Assembly: GCA_003427395.1 (NCBI GenBank)
Contig: BFEA01000037.1
Span: 2,180,085 to 2,240,347, forward strand
Origin: Chara braunii
Lineage: Eukaryota > Plantae > Charophyceae
Direction of reading: 5' to 3'
DNA length: 60,263 bases
The translations under genes and the position numbers were made by a program. Below, one piece after another: positions 1 to 13,523 of the stretch (positions within the stretch are counted from its first letter, which is position 1; each line of letters starts with the position of its first letter). A model generated the notes under the pieces. That model was not told the origin of the DNA, did no database searches, and was given only the letters and a program-made list of their open reading frames with translations.

Positions 1-189
1 TCTTATCACCCTGTTACTATCATTCTGGTGATAAGGCCGGCTTCTCGGAGCCTCGCTACTCTTATCACCCTGTTACTATCATTGTGGTGATAAGGAAGGT
101 TTATCGGAGCCTCGCTTACTCTTATCACCATTGTTAGAGACATCATTGTGATAAGGCAGGCTTCTCATAGCCTTACTACTCTTATCACA
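1..189 (-). repeat. Hairpin-repeat/linker array in 3' LTR (last 3 units visible)
   Basis: GTGATAAGGCAGGCTTCTCGGAGCCTCGCTACTCTTATCAC-type units at ~60-nt period. Confidence 0.9.
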
Positions 190-1189
190 TTCGTGTCACT
201 CGAGCCCTGGATCATTCGAAGCTTTTAAGATCACGCGGGTAGGCCATACGAGACTTGTACCCCATGTCTTAAATTCGTCAGCATGATCACCGGCTGTGTT
301 AGTTTGGACCTTTGGGGAGTATGCAGGCATAGGTCAAGCGTTAGTTGATGCAGCCAATCTTCACAGTATCCGACCATGGCATGCACAAGTCTTCAATCCA
401 CTGCGAACCCCATCCCTTATCACTGGTCAGGTGGTCTATTAAGCAAGGGAAGATTGCACAGAGTCAATCCCCCTTGCTGCCACTCCCCCATAAGAAACAT
501 TCACACAACGAGAAAGTTGCTCGGAACTTCTCGTTCTCGCTATGTTTACCAGCAACAGTTACTCATGCCTGGTCATATATTTTTCAATCAATTTACTTTC
601 TTCATGCTTTCGTCTTCCAAGCATTTTCTCTTTCCCTAGTCTTCGGGTTTAGTCTTGAAGGATCCCTGACTCAACGTACCCTCCTTATTAATACAGTCAT
701 AAGTAGTTACCTAAAGGTTATAGTTGTAGGGTTTAGGATTGAGGGTTTAGGGTTTAGGTTGAAGTGTGCGTACCTCGTTGTTCCCTGCCTCCAGGGTTCC
801 GCCTGAACTCCGGCAGAGCTCCCGCAATCGCCCTGTCATTTGGATGTGTCTAGACTAACCAAGTATTTCAAATGGAATCAGAGTTTTTTGTATTTAAGAT
901 TTAATTTCAATGAGCAATTGAAAACATCATCTTCACATTTGCTTTTCAAAGATTGGTGCAAGAAAGGATTAGTCCTAGGAAAGGCGGAGGAGGATGAGGG
1001 AGGTAGAAGCTGTCACCCTTTACGACGATCCTCCACTCTCTACTGCCTCGCACCCTTCCCACCTCTGCCCCCATTTATGGTATGTAATGTCAAATGCTAA
1101 TAATAATAATAATAATAGTAATAATAATAACAATAATAATAATAATAAATAATTACAATAATAATAATAGCACTTAATAAACAAAAATG

Positions 1190-1701
1190 TTAGGTTGTTT
1201 TACCGGATGTCCGGGACCCTTGGGTTGTCCGACCGGACGTCTGGTCGGACGTCGGACGGTCTCGGACCGGACAAGCGTTGTCCGACCTAGCGCAAAAAAA
1301 AAAAATAATAATAATAATAACATTTTTTTTTTTTTGAAAAAAATCATGTGGCTTCTACCGTGCATAAGGTGTATGCCACTAAACTTTCGGCTCATTTGAG
1401 CCAGTAGAAACAAAGATAAAAATCTTCAAAGTTTCTAGTCCCCACCTATACCCCTCCTATCCCCACCAAAACCCCTCGTACCCCCCCGTTCCCACCACAA
1501 ATAGCACCCTATCACGAAATGCTCAGAAAATTCTGAATTTTTGTTTCGGCGGTCTCTATGGCATGTGCAACACTGCCATAATTTTATTATTATTTTTAAT
1601 GCTAAAAAGTGGTTGTCCGAGATCTCGGACAACCCCCCTACCAGACGGTTGGGGGAGACGTCCGGCCGAGACGTCCGGCCATCGGACGACCGGTAACCTA
1701 G
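1190..1701. mobile_element. hAT-like MITE inserted in 3' LTR only
   Basis: 8-bp TSD CAAAAATG (1182-1189, 1702-1709). Imperfect TIRs TTAGGTT..ACCGG / CCGGTAACCTAG. Empty site (CGAAAATG) in the 5' LTR near 21872. Confidence 0.85.
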
Positions 1702-4700
1702 CAAAAATGATATTAAAAGAATAATAATATTTGATCTAGCGCAAAATATCCACATAAATTCAAAGGTATGAACCTGGCCAAAAATACAGTCAGATTCATC
1801 TTTTTTTTATCATGGTTGTTGTACCCAGCACTAAACACTGTTTTTGCGCATTACAACACTTTCTCATCCAACTAGGACCTACCCTGAATGTCCCCCACAC
1901 ACACGTGCATACACACGCTTGTTGATGCGGCAGTTATGGGTACTCCCTTTCTTCTGCAGCTAGTTGTAGGCCATGACCGACCTACATCCTCTCAACCTGC
2001 TTTGACCTCGGCCCTTGCATACTCCCGCACACCAGACACTCCATTTTATTGTTGCATGGTACATAGGCAGTGTGGATGAATGCAATTCTTAGTGCATCGC
2101 GGTCTGGTCCTCTCGACCCAGGGCCAGACGTGCTCAGTCCCACTTGGAACCTGCAGACCGAATCAAACTGACACGGGTTTAGGGACTGCCAGCTGGACTT
2201 AGGTAGGATTGTCCCTTTTTTTTTGCCATTGTATCAGCTGCTGGCCAATTGGACCCTTTCTTGGTACTCGATTCTGCTGGCATATTACCCTTATGAGGCG
2301 GCCAAAAGTTCAACCCCACGCAACCCTCATACCTACAATGATCCCAAAACAGACAATCTTTAGGGGCAGGTCGTGGTTTTGACCACACACGAACCACACT
2401 ATATCGTACACGGGGTCAGGAATCGGCTCTGGGGACAGCGACAGTCTCATGATTGGGTGAATCTATATTGGTTCACATTAATAACATAATAATAATAATA
2501 ATAACAGATTAAAGTTGAAAATGATAGTGAAACGAAAATAATAATATTCGCTATGAACTGCACAATTCATCACCGAAGAGCGCACATACATACATACAGC
2601 ACCCATAAGTGAGATGACACGATTTCCACAATGGGTGCAAGAGAGTCACAGCCTATGAATTCCAGCCAATTATCATCAAAGCAATCTAAGAGTTTGTGTC
2701 ACCAACGCTTATCGGTGCGCGTGCAGGTAACCAGAGACCAGTGCCACCATCCGGGTGAGCTCCTTGCATGTTTTCCTCCCTCTCTGTCTCTCTCTGGTTC
2801 CTTTGCCTAGCATTGTCCTTACCATCTTTTTTCTCCCTACAAACATGCATACTCACAACTACCACACAAGGTTTCTACTCTGGACACACCCACTGCTTTG
2901 CTTATAGTTTCCCCTACTGTCTAGTATTAACACTCTGTGTTGGCGTAGCTATGGATGTCTTCTTCCTACCAGCGCAACTATCTTCCCCCCTTTCACTTAC
3001 AATATTCTTTCCTAAGAGCTCTAACCCTTGCTTTTGGCGCACGAGTGCCTCATCACTTCCATGCTTGCAGCAAATGAGCATTCTGTCCGAATAGGAGGCT
3101 GGTCTGTCCTTACCTTGTTTTAGGATGTCACTGGGCTATCCCATCTTCTGCAGCAAATGGCCCAACTTAGCCTGGTACCGCGTGCCCACTTCCTGTTTGC
3201 TTCAGAAAGTCATGGTCTGTTACTTTTCCCATTGTCTGAGTCTATGAGTCACGACTGTCGTTTGTGGCTCATGACTTTTGACTGGGAGAGTGACCTTCGC
3301 ATCTGGGACATGACCCCTGTCTTTTTCTGTCTGTTCTGTCTGTCCTTGCCTGTTTCCGTTTGATTACTACGTTTCCGGCATGTCTCCGTCTATTATGTCA
3401 GTCCTTGTCTGTTTCTGTCTATTTTCCTCCTACCTCTTCTCCCTCTTCACCTCTTCTTTCTCATGGTCATCCTTATCCTTTTAATACACCTCCTACGTAA
3501 GAAAATAAGCAATAGTGAAATTTGGAACCCATGCTGCGTTATACATATGAAAACAGGTAGTCGTGACCTCGAATAAAGAGTAGAATTGCAGCTCGATACA
3601 CCAAGTAAGAGTCAAGCAGAGTTCACAGAATGACAATTTTGGAATAATCATGTCATCACCTTCCATGAACCAATGTCATTCCTTTATTTTCGTTGCTCGG
3701 CGCCCAGACTACAAACATCACAGCTTACTGGAAACCTACGAATTTCGAAAGGCTTAGCGCATCCAGTTGACAGCAACACAGAATCGATCCTTTTGCAGAC
3801 CTTTGCCAAGATCAGGCATTGTGCTCTTGCCTCATCAACCTCCTCTTTGTCCCTCTCTTCGTGTGTTTTCTTTATGTGCGTTACTGTGCCTGTGTGTACC
3901 TGTCTGAACCCTTGTATCTTCGTCTGCTCATCTGTCTCTGTGTCTTTCTCACACATACGCACATCCTCACACAAGCAAACAAGCGTGCAGCAGTGTAGAT
4001 TTTTCTGCTCCAGCGGTAGTACAAGGAGCGAATAGCAAGATGACCAAATCAAGATTTCTAATCACATTCGAGAGTCAGAACGTACCATAGTATCCAGAAA
4101 GCAATATTGCACCAATATTACATCAATGGGAATCGAAACACTAAAAGCGACTGTCAGTGAGATCTCTCTCTCTCTCTCCATCGCCATCGTAAGTACCCAG
4201 GTCCTTTTCTTTATTTGACGTTCGACGCCCAGGACCCTACACCGTTGTTTCCCACTCGCAATTAATAGTGTAATTGATGACATTGGCGGCCACCGAAGTA
4301 CTTGAGGAGATTGCTCAGCGCAGATAACCATCAAACCAGGTATTGTATGACACGTACCTGATCATAATCACCGCCGAATAATAATAATGATAACAATAAT
4401 AACAACGGTAGTAGTAATAATAATAATAATAATATAAATTAATTAATAATGATGGATAACAATGTATACAAATGTTATTATCGGTCCGATGCAGCAAGTT
4501 GGGCACACGACAAGACCGCTCATACTTCGAGAGGTTGGGCAAATGGCAGGGTAACCTTTACAATATGTTTGGCGGATTCACGTCCACGCCTCTCCACCTT
4601 TGCCCTCATCTACACTCTTCCTCTTTTTTCTCCTCTTCTCTCTTTCCTCCTTCTTCCTTCCTCTACTTTCTTCTTCTTCTCTCCTCGTTCCCTCCTGCCT

Positions 4701-7020
4701 ATCAGTAGCGTTTTGGGTGTAATCCGTCTGAAACAGTTAGTTTCTACCCTTTCTTGGTATTGGTATAATCTTAGGCCATCATTAGGTGAGTGCACGTGTC
4801 ATTTGTATGTGAGAGGTGGTAGTCTCACATACCTGTGTTCAACTTCCATATCAGCAACTCTCTTACTCCCTTCGCTCTCACTTCGCTTTCCTACTGCTCC
4901 TCCACACACGACTAATGGCAGGACGTGCATCGCATTCGATTAGCAACTGAAGCAGCAATAATGCTAATAATCCGATTGCAATCATCGTATATAAGCCATC
5001 TTTCTAGCCAGATATAGTCGTGATATTATGAGTGAAATAATAATAAAATAATAATAGTAAAATAATAATAATAATAATAATAGTGCGCAAAAGGAAACGA
5101 GCAACAGCGAGACAACAATGTACAGTTACGTTGAATGCCCAATCGGATCACTGTGCTCAGAAAACAACATTGCCCCAATAAGACACCAATGGAGAATTGT
5201 AACCCTGAACCAATGTCAATGGAAGCTTGCTCCTGCCACTACCAAAATATCCTGGCCCTTCTCTCTACTGAGCTACTACTATCCTACTAATTGGCAACGC
5301 TGGTATTGACATCAGCAACCACCGAAGTACTTTGAAGATGTCTCCCGTAGAAGACCATCGCCAATACCAGGTATATGCCTTCTCATCTTCATCCCCCATC
5401 TTTCTCTCTTTCTTACACTCACACACATACAATGATACACACACACATACACTTACACATACACACTCACGACTGGCAATCCCGCGGCCGGGTCGGAGCG
5501 AAGGCGCGACAGCAGCGGACGCAAGTAGTGGCGTATATTTCTATGTTGGAGCAGGAGATTCATTTGATTTTGCGTCTCCTCTTTCCTCCGCAACGCCGCA
5601 TGATCCGATCAGCCTTCCGAGAGCACATTACGTCGGAGATACGGCAACACAAGTGCGCACTCCAACAAGGTCGAACTGATAACAAGTCCATCCTCACTTA
5701 CGGTAAGTAGCGGATGCGGGGTCGCGGCAACTTACACTATTGCTGCATGGCGTCGCCCAGATGACAAAGACCGCATTCCTACCTACCAAATCGCTTCACC
5801 TCCCAATGCAAAAGCAGCGGAACCGCATCGCAACACATTCCTAGCAACTAAGCCAAATAATGAATATATATTTGTAATCAATCCGACCCGATACAGTCGT
5901 GAGAGAAGTGTGTTACATTCCGAGAACGGCAGCGTAACTACACGGTTTGAAGGAAATGGTGCCATCGATCGACCAATAGGTGAGCCAGATAAGCTTCCTC
6001 ATCCATTCCTCATTCTTCTCGTTCTTCTTCTTTCTCTTCTCCTCTTTTCTCCTCCTTCTTCTTCTTATTTTTCTTCCTTCCCTTCACGAGTTTTCTCCTC
6101 CTCTCTCTGTTTGTAATCTCGCTCGTCTTTCCTTTTTCAGTTCGTTTCGAGTGTACGTGGCCTAAATCGCAGTCAAGTTCAGTCAGAATGAAGGTGAGTT
6201 ATATTAAAGGGAAACGATCGCTTTCCTTTCTCGTAATCGTTTTCTTCCCTTTTGCTTTCCTCTCTCCTTTTGCGTTCTCCTCTATTTTCACCGCGACTTC
6301 CCTTCTTCTTGCATTCGCACTCCTCCTTCTGTGTCCGTCTTCCTTTTTGAGTGTTTGTGCCCTCATCTTCCTCACTTGCATCCTCCTCTTCGTTTCCTCC
6401 TTGTCAAATGTACGTAGTCACACTTCACCGCCAAACGTATGGTTTTAATAAAACAATAATATTATTACGATTGAAATAATAATAACAATAATGAAATATA
6501 ATAATAATAATAATAAAAATAATAATAGTAATAATAACGATAATAATAGCAATAATATTAGAGATAACGGATGTATACATCCTACTCCTCCGGTCCGATA
6601 GATGTAGGAGAAGCATGGATTTCTCTTTAGAGAGAAATACACGGGATTGGAGACGATCGAGGGTATCTGACGTGGTAAGTTTCCCTATTTTCCTCACCTC
6701 TCTCTTCTCCTTACACAATCCCTTCTCCTTCTCATACAAACACATACTCACACGAAGCTGCAACTCAGATTTCCCACTTTTTAGACGTAGGTTCATTTGG
6801 TTTCATTCGTCCTGTAGATATAACCGCCATGATGTGAGCCGCGAGATTGGAGCAGCCCATATGCACACACTTACGCACTTCGCACAGGCGCGCCCATGCA
6901 CGCACATGCGGGAAGTAAGGTATGTTTCCGTAGTTCAGCGATAGGTTTATTGGATTTGTTTTCCTCTTGTTGGTGGAAGTTCCGTGAGGTTCGTTGAAGG
7001 TTAAACTTACATGCACTCAC

Positions 7021-7071
<51 letters not shown>

Positions 7072-7999
7072 TGAAGCAACGTATACATCAATACTCTAGA
7101 GGTAGGTTCATTCGTGTGGTGGGAGACTTACCTTGCAACGCGGATGCAGGGTCGCGGCCGCTTGCACTATTGCTCCCCGATGCTACTCAGATGGCAAGGA
7201 GTGTTGAGTCTCCGAACCGAGTCGCTATACCTCGCAAGGCAACCACGCCGGGAATGCGCTGTTGTATTTGAACCCACTACCACCGTGACAAGGCGCGATC
7301 GCTTTCCCTGAACCTTACAGGATGAGGATCCCAAGGCTAGGAGTAGGAAACAGGTAAGTTGCCTTCACCTCCCTCCTCTCTCCTCTTTCTCCGTCTTCTT
7401 CTCCTTCTTCTTCCCTCTTTCTCGTTCGTCTCTCTCTTTTCCCCTCCAAGCCGTGCTCCCTCTCTTCTCCTCTGCGTGTCTCCCTACTGCGCACCGCCTC
7501 CCTGTTCGTTCGACAGCCATTCCCGGTCGCAGTGTCCCGTTCTGTCAGCTTTCTTGCGCGCATCCCTCTATGCGCCCACCTCGCTATTCATTTCTGCTTT
7601 TCCCCATAGTCCCTTTGGTTCTTTCCTTGCACCATGTCTCTCGCGTATGTGCGAGTAATCGCATTTGGTGTAGTAGCTCCGAGCGACCGGTCTGATAGCT
7701 ACCTTAGCAAGCCCGTTGCAAGCTCCTTAGGATGAACCTGCCCCGACTTCGAGCGAAGATTCACTAATAGTGAATCTTTGAATCAGCAAAAATCTCGGGG
7801 AAAAAAAAATAAAAAAAAATCTAACTACTATCCGCCCCAGTCGTTCCAAGTGTCGGTTACCTGTCACAGGGGCGGAGCCTTTATGCTTCAACCCCAACTA
7901 CTTTCAATTTGCAGATCGCGAGTTCGAGTGGCTGCTACCCAGGGTCGGGGCAAAATACTGTTGAGCTTCCTGTCAAAAAGGAGTTAGTCTCGGCGGCCG

Positions 8000-8064
8000 G
8001 TAGGCTTCGATCCCCGTACCCTTCACTTCTAAGGCCAATACCGAAACCTACTGAGCTAGCTCCC
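8000..8064 (-). ncRNA. tRNA-derived Pol III-like cassette (A box and B box) in 3' LTR of element 1
   Basis: Minus strand GGGAGC TAGCTCAGTAGG TTTCGGTA TTGGC CTTAGAA GTGAA GGGTA CGGGG ATCGAAG CCTAC: A box, 7-nt CU-NNN-A loop, B-box-like GGATCGAAGCC. A T5 run follows ~20 nt downstream. Confidence 0.65.
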
Positions 8065-9068
8065 ATTCTTAACAAAATGGGAGCAATTCCTGTACACGTA
8101 TTGCAGTGTGGCCTAGTCCAACTAGTGGACCGGACCCATTTCTAATTTTCTCGTGTTTGTACACTAGTTAGCCTGTGTATCTGTCTAAGCGCTTGTTGGC
8201 TTGAGTGTGCGCAAATGACACTTTCTTGACCGGAAGCCCCGACGGACCGGTACTTTCCCGTGGTTGCGTCATCGAGGGCTGCCGCGAGGAAACACCCAAG
8301 TAGCGGGTAGGCTGATACTATACCTAGTAAAGGTAGATGTACCGAGTACTTGAGGCCGAACAAGCCGGCATTTTGCGTGTCATAGATGTACCCTGTCATA
8401 ACAGTAACCAAATCAACCCCTCGACCTTCCTGGTTGAAGGATATAAGTGTCGATCCTAATTATCACAGTGTGTGTCATAATGATGCACGAGCTCATACGA
8501 AATTCTGAGTTCAGATTAATTCCTTCGAGGTGGTCGGCACAACCGACCTGCCGACTGCAAAATCACGGCCAAATACCCTTGTAAGGGTATTTGGTCCGAC
8601 AGTATCCCAGGCCCTATTAAGCGACGTCTCCATCGCCTGGAGAACTATATGCAAACAAAACATGTTTTCCGACAAACAAATTTGTCAAATCCGAATCCTG
8701 GAATGAAATGTGGTTTAGGATTGACATCGTCACCTCACTTTTCAGTATCCGGGTTTAAGAACACACGTAAGTTATCCCCTGATTTGTAAACCGGCAGTTC
8801 CTCCATGCTCCTTGAGATCTTCTGATCCCTCCTCTGCCCTCCCTTTCTCAAGGTTGGTCCAGAGGGACCTGTCATCCTTCCTCTCTTAGCCATGGCCACT
8901 TCTCTTCAATGGTCACGCCTGCACACAGAGAGGGAGCAATGACAGGTACAAGGATCGACCATCATCATCAAGGCAACACTTCACATCATCAACATAGGCA
9001 TGACAAGACACCCTTCACTTGTGCTTATACATATATATATATATGTATATAGTCATATATGTATATAA

Positions 9069-9102
<34 letters not shown>

Positions 9103-9175
9103 TTTGTGACGATATATATATATATATATACATACACTTGCTTATTTAAGTATCGTTTGTCAACTCGCGCTCACC

Positions 9176-10400
9176 TATTCTCTGATCTTGAATTTCTTCA
9201 GTTTGGACCTCGAAACCAGTCTCTTCTTGGAGTCTCGTCCATTTCTTCCAACTCATAGGCCCCATGGAGTCCCTGTTTCCTGATTCTGAAAGGTCCTAAC
9301 CAACGCTTGTCCAGCTTTCGCGACCACTGTTTTTCCAAAGAAGAGTCATAAAGTAATACAACATCCGCAACTCGTAACGACTCGATTCTCACTCTAGGGA
9401 GTTTGTCCCACCTTTCTTTGTCCCTTTCGCGGTTGTCTGCCACCCTCGTGGCAGCTTCCTGAATCCTCTCTTCCGTGGCGCTGATCTGTTTTGCCCTAAG
9501 GTCCAGTAACTCTTCGAGTGTCAGATCATTCTCCAAGTCCTGCCTGTGCCACGTCTTTAGGAAACTTTTTATCGGGAATGTGGCATGCCGACCATACCAG
9601 AGTGTTGCAGGTGCATACCATGTCGTCCTCTTGACAGTGATATTCTCCACGAAGAACACCGTTCTCAGAAATTTTGGCCAGAGATTCGGCTTCTCATTGG
9701 TCCAGTTGGCTAACAAGTTTCTAATGGTACTATAGCCTCTTTCAACCGACGCATTTGTCTGAGGGTGAGCCTACGTCGTGTAGTTACCTATCATTCCCAG
9801 TTCTTTCAACAGTTCCTTCACTTCCCCATTCGTAAACTCAGACCCCCTGTCCATCGTGCATTCCAATATGAATGGATATCTGAGGTAGTATTCCTTAATG
9901 CATTCTATCAGTGTCACCCCAGTTTTGTTCCTAACGGCCTTGCCATCGATAAACTCGGTAAGGTTGTCTCTTGCATCAAATATATAGTTATACCCACCGA
10001 GTCCCAATGGCATAGCCAGTAGGTCCAAATGGACAACCACCCCCACATCTTTAATGTACCTGGGGTGTAGAGACTCCTTGTATTTGACAGGCGATCGTAC
10101 TTGACAAGGTACACATGATTCACAGTACTTCCGAGTCATCTCAAACATGCCTTTCCAATAGTAGAGTTTCATTGCCTTCTTGTAGGTTGCCGCAAAACTT
10201 CGGTGTCCCCCGACTATCCCATCATGAAGTGCAGCTATGACATCAATCCGACGACTCTTCCTGCATACCACTCGTCTCGGCGGCCCCCTCTTGTCTCTGA
10301 TGAATAAATGGTCACCTCTTACTACATAATGATCTTTCATCCGAAGAGTCTTGTCACTAACTTCTCTTTCTCTTTTATCCCCTGAAAGAAGTAACTTCAT
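9176..10400 (-). pseudogene. Integrase of element 1 (disrupted)
   Basis: ORFs 9771-10400 and 9198-9716: HHCC finger (LHDGIVGGH...CESCVPC), VHLDLL, MDRGSEF, C-terminal KRWLGPFRI. Internal stop and frameshift. Confidence 0.92.
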
Positions 10401-10430
10401 TTCTAGGTAGAACCCATCATAATCCTCTCT

Positions 10431-11690
10431 TCAGAATTTTTCTGAAATCTCTCTTTGCTCAAATTCTTCCTCTTTCTCTTCATCAAACTTGTCTTTATCT
10501 CCGATTGTTATTTCATTTGCCTTCACCATTCTCTCCTCATCATTAGACTGGACTTGTAGAAGGGAATTAGTGAAGTAGTACATTCTCCCCATCATGGCTA
10601 CTTGTTCGTCTGCTTGTCGAGTTCCAACGTCGATCGTCCGTGGTTCATCCACCATCCTATAGTTTTCAACCAAGGTCAATCCCATCATCCACTCCGCATT
10701 CCTTTCTCCCCATGAGTCTTCCTCTACTACTGGCGTGAGTATTAAGGTAGGCTCCCTCATAAACTCAGAAGGAGGATGCCACGTTGGATTCCCTCTTCTC
10801 ATTGTCTTACCTTCAACGAGCATAACCCAACAATTGACATGAGTGCGCATATCATCTCCTTCCTCCAAAAATCCATCTACCGGAGGCGCTTCCTCCCCAG
10901 ATCCTGCTTGATCTCTCCAATCAATTCTACTCATGTCATCGACCCTATTCCTGTTTCCTATAATAGGTTCCAGCTGAAAATCAAACATCCAGATATAGGT
11001 AAGTCATTTGGCTATGGTCGGGTCTGAGGGCGAAAAGTTCTTGAGGGAATACATAAGCGTCGTTGAGGTGCAACATTCATATGAATCAACCTTCTAAGCG
11101 TGTGCATTGCCGCTATAGGACGATCCGCAGAATAGACCGGAAATTGATCGTACCCGGAGTACAGGTCAATAAGGGATACAATCGATCTTCCTGCGCAGGA
11201 TTCTGACAATTGATAAGCGTTAGATAATCCCCCCGCGTCTCTCACGGTCACCGCATTCAACCGTTGGAGGTCTTGTACTTATATGAGCACCCCGTTCGAC
11301 TTTACAAAGCAAAACCAAGGAGAAGCATATGGTCCGCTAGAATATCCTGCGACATTCGTACGAATTTTCCCATCTAGGTATTCCACCACCTTTCTATGAT
11401 CTTCGGGATTGGGGTACTTAGCTCCCCGAACATTCCACGGTTCATGAGGCACAGTATGAATGCGGATCATTTCAATTTTGTCAACGTCTAACCGTCCGCG
11501 TTGGTCATCATTGAAAGCATATGCTCCATGCTTCTCACGTATTTGGTCCTTTACCAAAACCTCTTCTTGCTGTGTCAGGAAACCGGGTTCGCCTGTTATC
11601 AAATCCTTCTTCGTTTCCCTATTGATGCGACAAGGCTCGTTTTTAGTACACTCTCTCATCTGTCGTATCAATTATCTCTCTTGCTCGTAA
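10431..11690 (-). pseudogene. Reverse transcriptase N-half fused by deletion to RNase H C-terminal remnant and linker
   Basis: IRIHTVPHEPW, GPYASPWFCFVK, SLIDLYSGYDQF, MNVAPQ, then a jump to WMFDFQLEPIIGNRNRVDDMSR. The YxDD region is not visible. Confidence 0.88.
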
Positions 11691-11984
11691 TACACCCCTT
11701 CTTCCTGACTTACCATCACTGGTACCGGATGAATTTTCTTGTCTACCGTCTTGTACCACCTTTTGGAGCCCTGCTTGAGCCCACCCCTAAAAAATGCAGG
11801 CCGACAGCTTGTGCATTTGGCATATGTGGCCCTATCATTTGAGGAAGAGGAGGCCGGTAAACAAGATCGATTCTCCCTCCTTCTGGATCTTCCTGGATCC
11901 TTTCCGCAAGCGCTCTGACGACATCAGGGTCCGCCATCCTGTAGGCAGATACCAACTGGACTCCATCACTAATACTTGACAGAC

Positions 11985-12750
11985 TCAATACGACTCCACT
12001 CGCTTCTTCATTGCTGATTCTTCTTCTTCCTCCCATTCGAGTTCTTTTCGCCCATTCTCTGACTCTTCAAACGTGTAAGATACCGCGTTGAGTCGGTTCT
12101 TCAAGCTATGAGGGCCGGTATTTCTACAAGTGATTACCTCAAAATTCCCACAGGCGGGATCACACAAGATAACAAACATGGTGCCATCATGTTTGTTCAT
12201 AATGAGCGACTCAAACCTGCATAAGAAGGATCTGCCTAGCAAAATCGGGAGGTCCAAACTGGGCATAACGTAGAAGCACGTACGCACCTTGACCCTTCCT
12301 ATCTCTATTACAACATTAGAAGCAACCCCCGTGTACCCGGTTTTACCACTCGCTCCATTGAGGAATCCGCAATCGTTTTCATCAACTTCCAACCCCAATC
12401 TCTCCGCAGTTTCTCCATTTATGATATTCATTTCTGCCCCCGTATCAACCATTCTTGGACACATCTTTCCTTTTATCATAACATCTATGCACCCCATCCC
12501 TACGAACTTCCAGTCCATCTTACTTCCCGCAACGCTCCAGTTGATCTCTTTGAGAATCAGGTCTCTTATTCGGCTTGTGGCCACTCTCTTGCGCGACAGC
12601 CTAGCTTTTACCATTTCCCTTAGCCTTGGGGCTAAGGCAAGAATTTCTTTTAGATTCAACAATTCATTGTTGCCTTCCAACAATTTATTCACCAATCCTT
12701 CCAGGTCGACTCCTTCTTGGATCGAAGTCTAGTACTTTCGTTTCTTTGTT
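11985..12750 (-). pseudogene. Retroviral-type aspartic protease region of element 1
   Basis: MVDTGAEMNI and ILLGRSFL motifs in ORF 11985-12695. Confidence 0.92.
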
Positions 12751-13052
12751 GCAGTATCTTCTTTCTTCAATTTCCCTTCCTTGATTCCTTCTTTCCTTCT
12801 CTTGGCCCTAATCTCCGCCTGCTTGTCTTCTTCTTCCCTGATTTTATCGTCTTCGTCCTCATCTCCCTCTACCGTGGTTCTTCCCCAGTCGATTGGGAGG
12901 TCTGAGTTTGTTCCTTTGGATGATTTTCTCCTCTAGGTTTTCGCGTAGCGTATGGAATTGAGCCCCTTACGTTTCTCTGACCCATGCTAATCTTCGCAGC
13001 CATGTTGGCCCTCAACATTTTTGGGTTAGGCTCATTCGGTCCTTCTCCCGAG

Positions 13053-13523
13053 AGAGAAGGTTAACAACAGTCATATTTTTCATCACCACTTCAGGACACC
13101 CTTCACCACTTACAGGATGCAGCCTGCCTAAACAGGTGGTTTTCAGGGTCTTCGAACCTTTCACCACTTCAGGACCATTCAGGTCTGAAAATCCTGACTG
13201 GTCCTGAAGTGGTGAAAACTCTGAAGACCCTGAAAACCACTTGTTTAGGCAGGCTGCATCCTCAAGTGGTGAAGGGTGGTTTTCATGGTCTTCGAACCTT
13301 TCACCACTTCAGGACCATTCAGGATTTTCAGACTGCCCCAAACTTTCACTTGACCACTTCAGGACACCCTTCACCACTTCAGGATGCAGCCTGCCTAAAC
13401 AGGTGGTTTTTAGGGTCTTCGGACCTTTCACCACTTCAAAACCATTCAGGATTTTCAGACTGCCAAAAACTCTCACTTCAGAATTTTAATTCCTGAATTT
13501 TCAGCTACCCGATAACCGCTTAT
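13053..13523. mobile_element. Non-autonomous DNA transposon (MULE-like) with internal ACCACTTCAG repeats, inserted in gag-pol
   Basis: Ends AGAGAAGGTTAAC / GATAACCGCTTAT resemble those of 31589-32450. Degenerate ~9-bp TSD TCTCCCGAG/GTCTCCGAG. Absent from element 2. Confidence 0.7.

Larger units (their letters stand above)
1..8601 (-). repeat. 3' LTR of element 1 (truncated by window start)
   Basis: Colinear with 20731-28481. Homology stops exactly after GGTCCGACA (8601 vs 28481). Confidence 0.92.

Noticed and set aside
729-758. Interstitial telomere (TTTAGGG)
   Set aside because: Only 2-3 degenerate units; at most telo-box-like motifs.
345-806. 153-aa ORF preserved in both LTRs (and other LTR ORFs)
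   Set aside because: Non-ATG start, no motif, many nonsynonymous differences; retention is explained by LTR identity.
8000-8064. Functional tRNA gene
   Set aside because: Acceptor and anticodon stems pair poorly; only promoter boxes and loop spacing remain.
1-8601. Plain segmental duplication with 20731-28481
   Set aside because: Homology ends precisely at CGACA, and the copies bracket PBS plus gag-pol, which fits LTRs.
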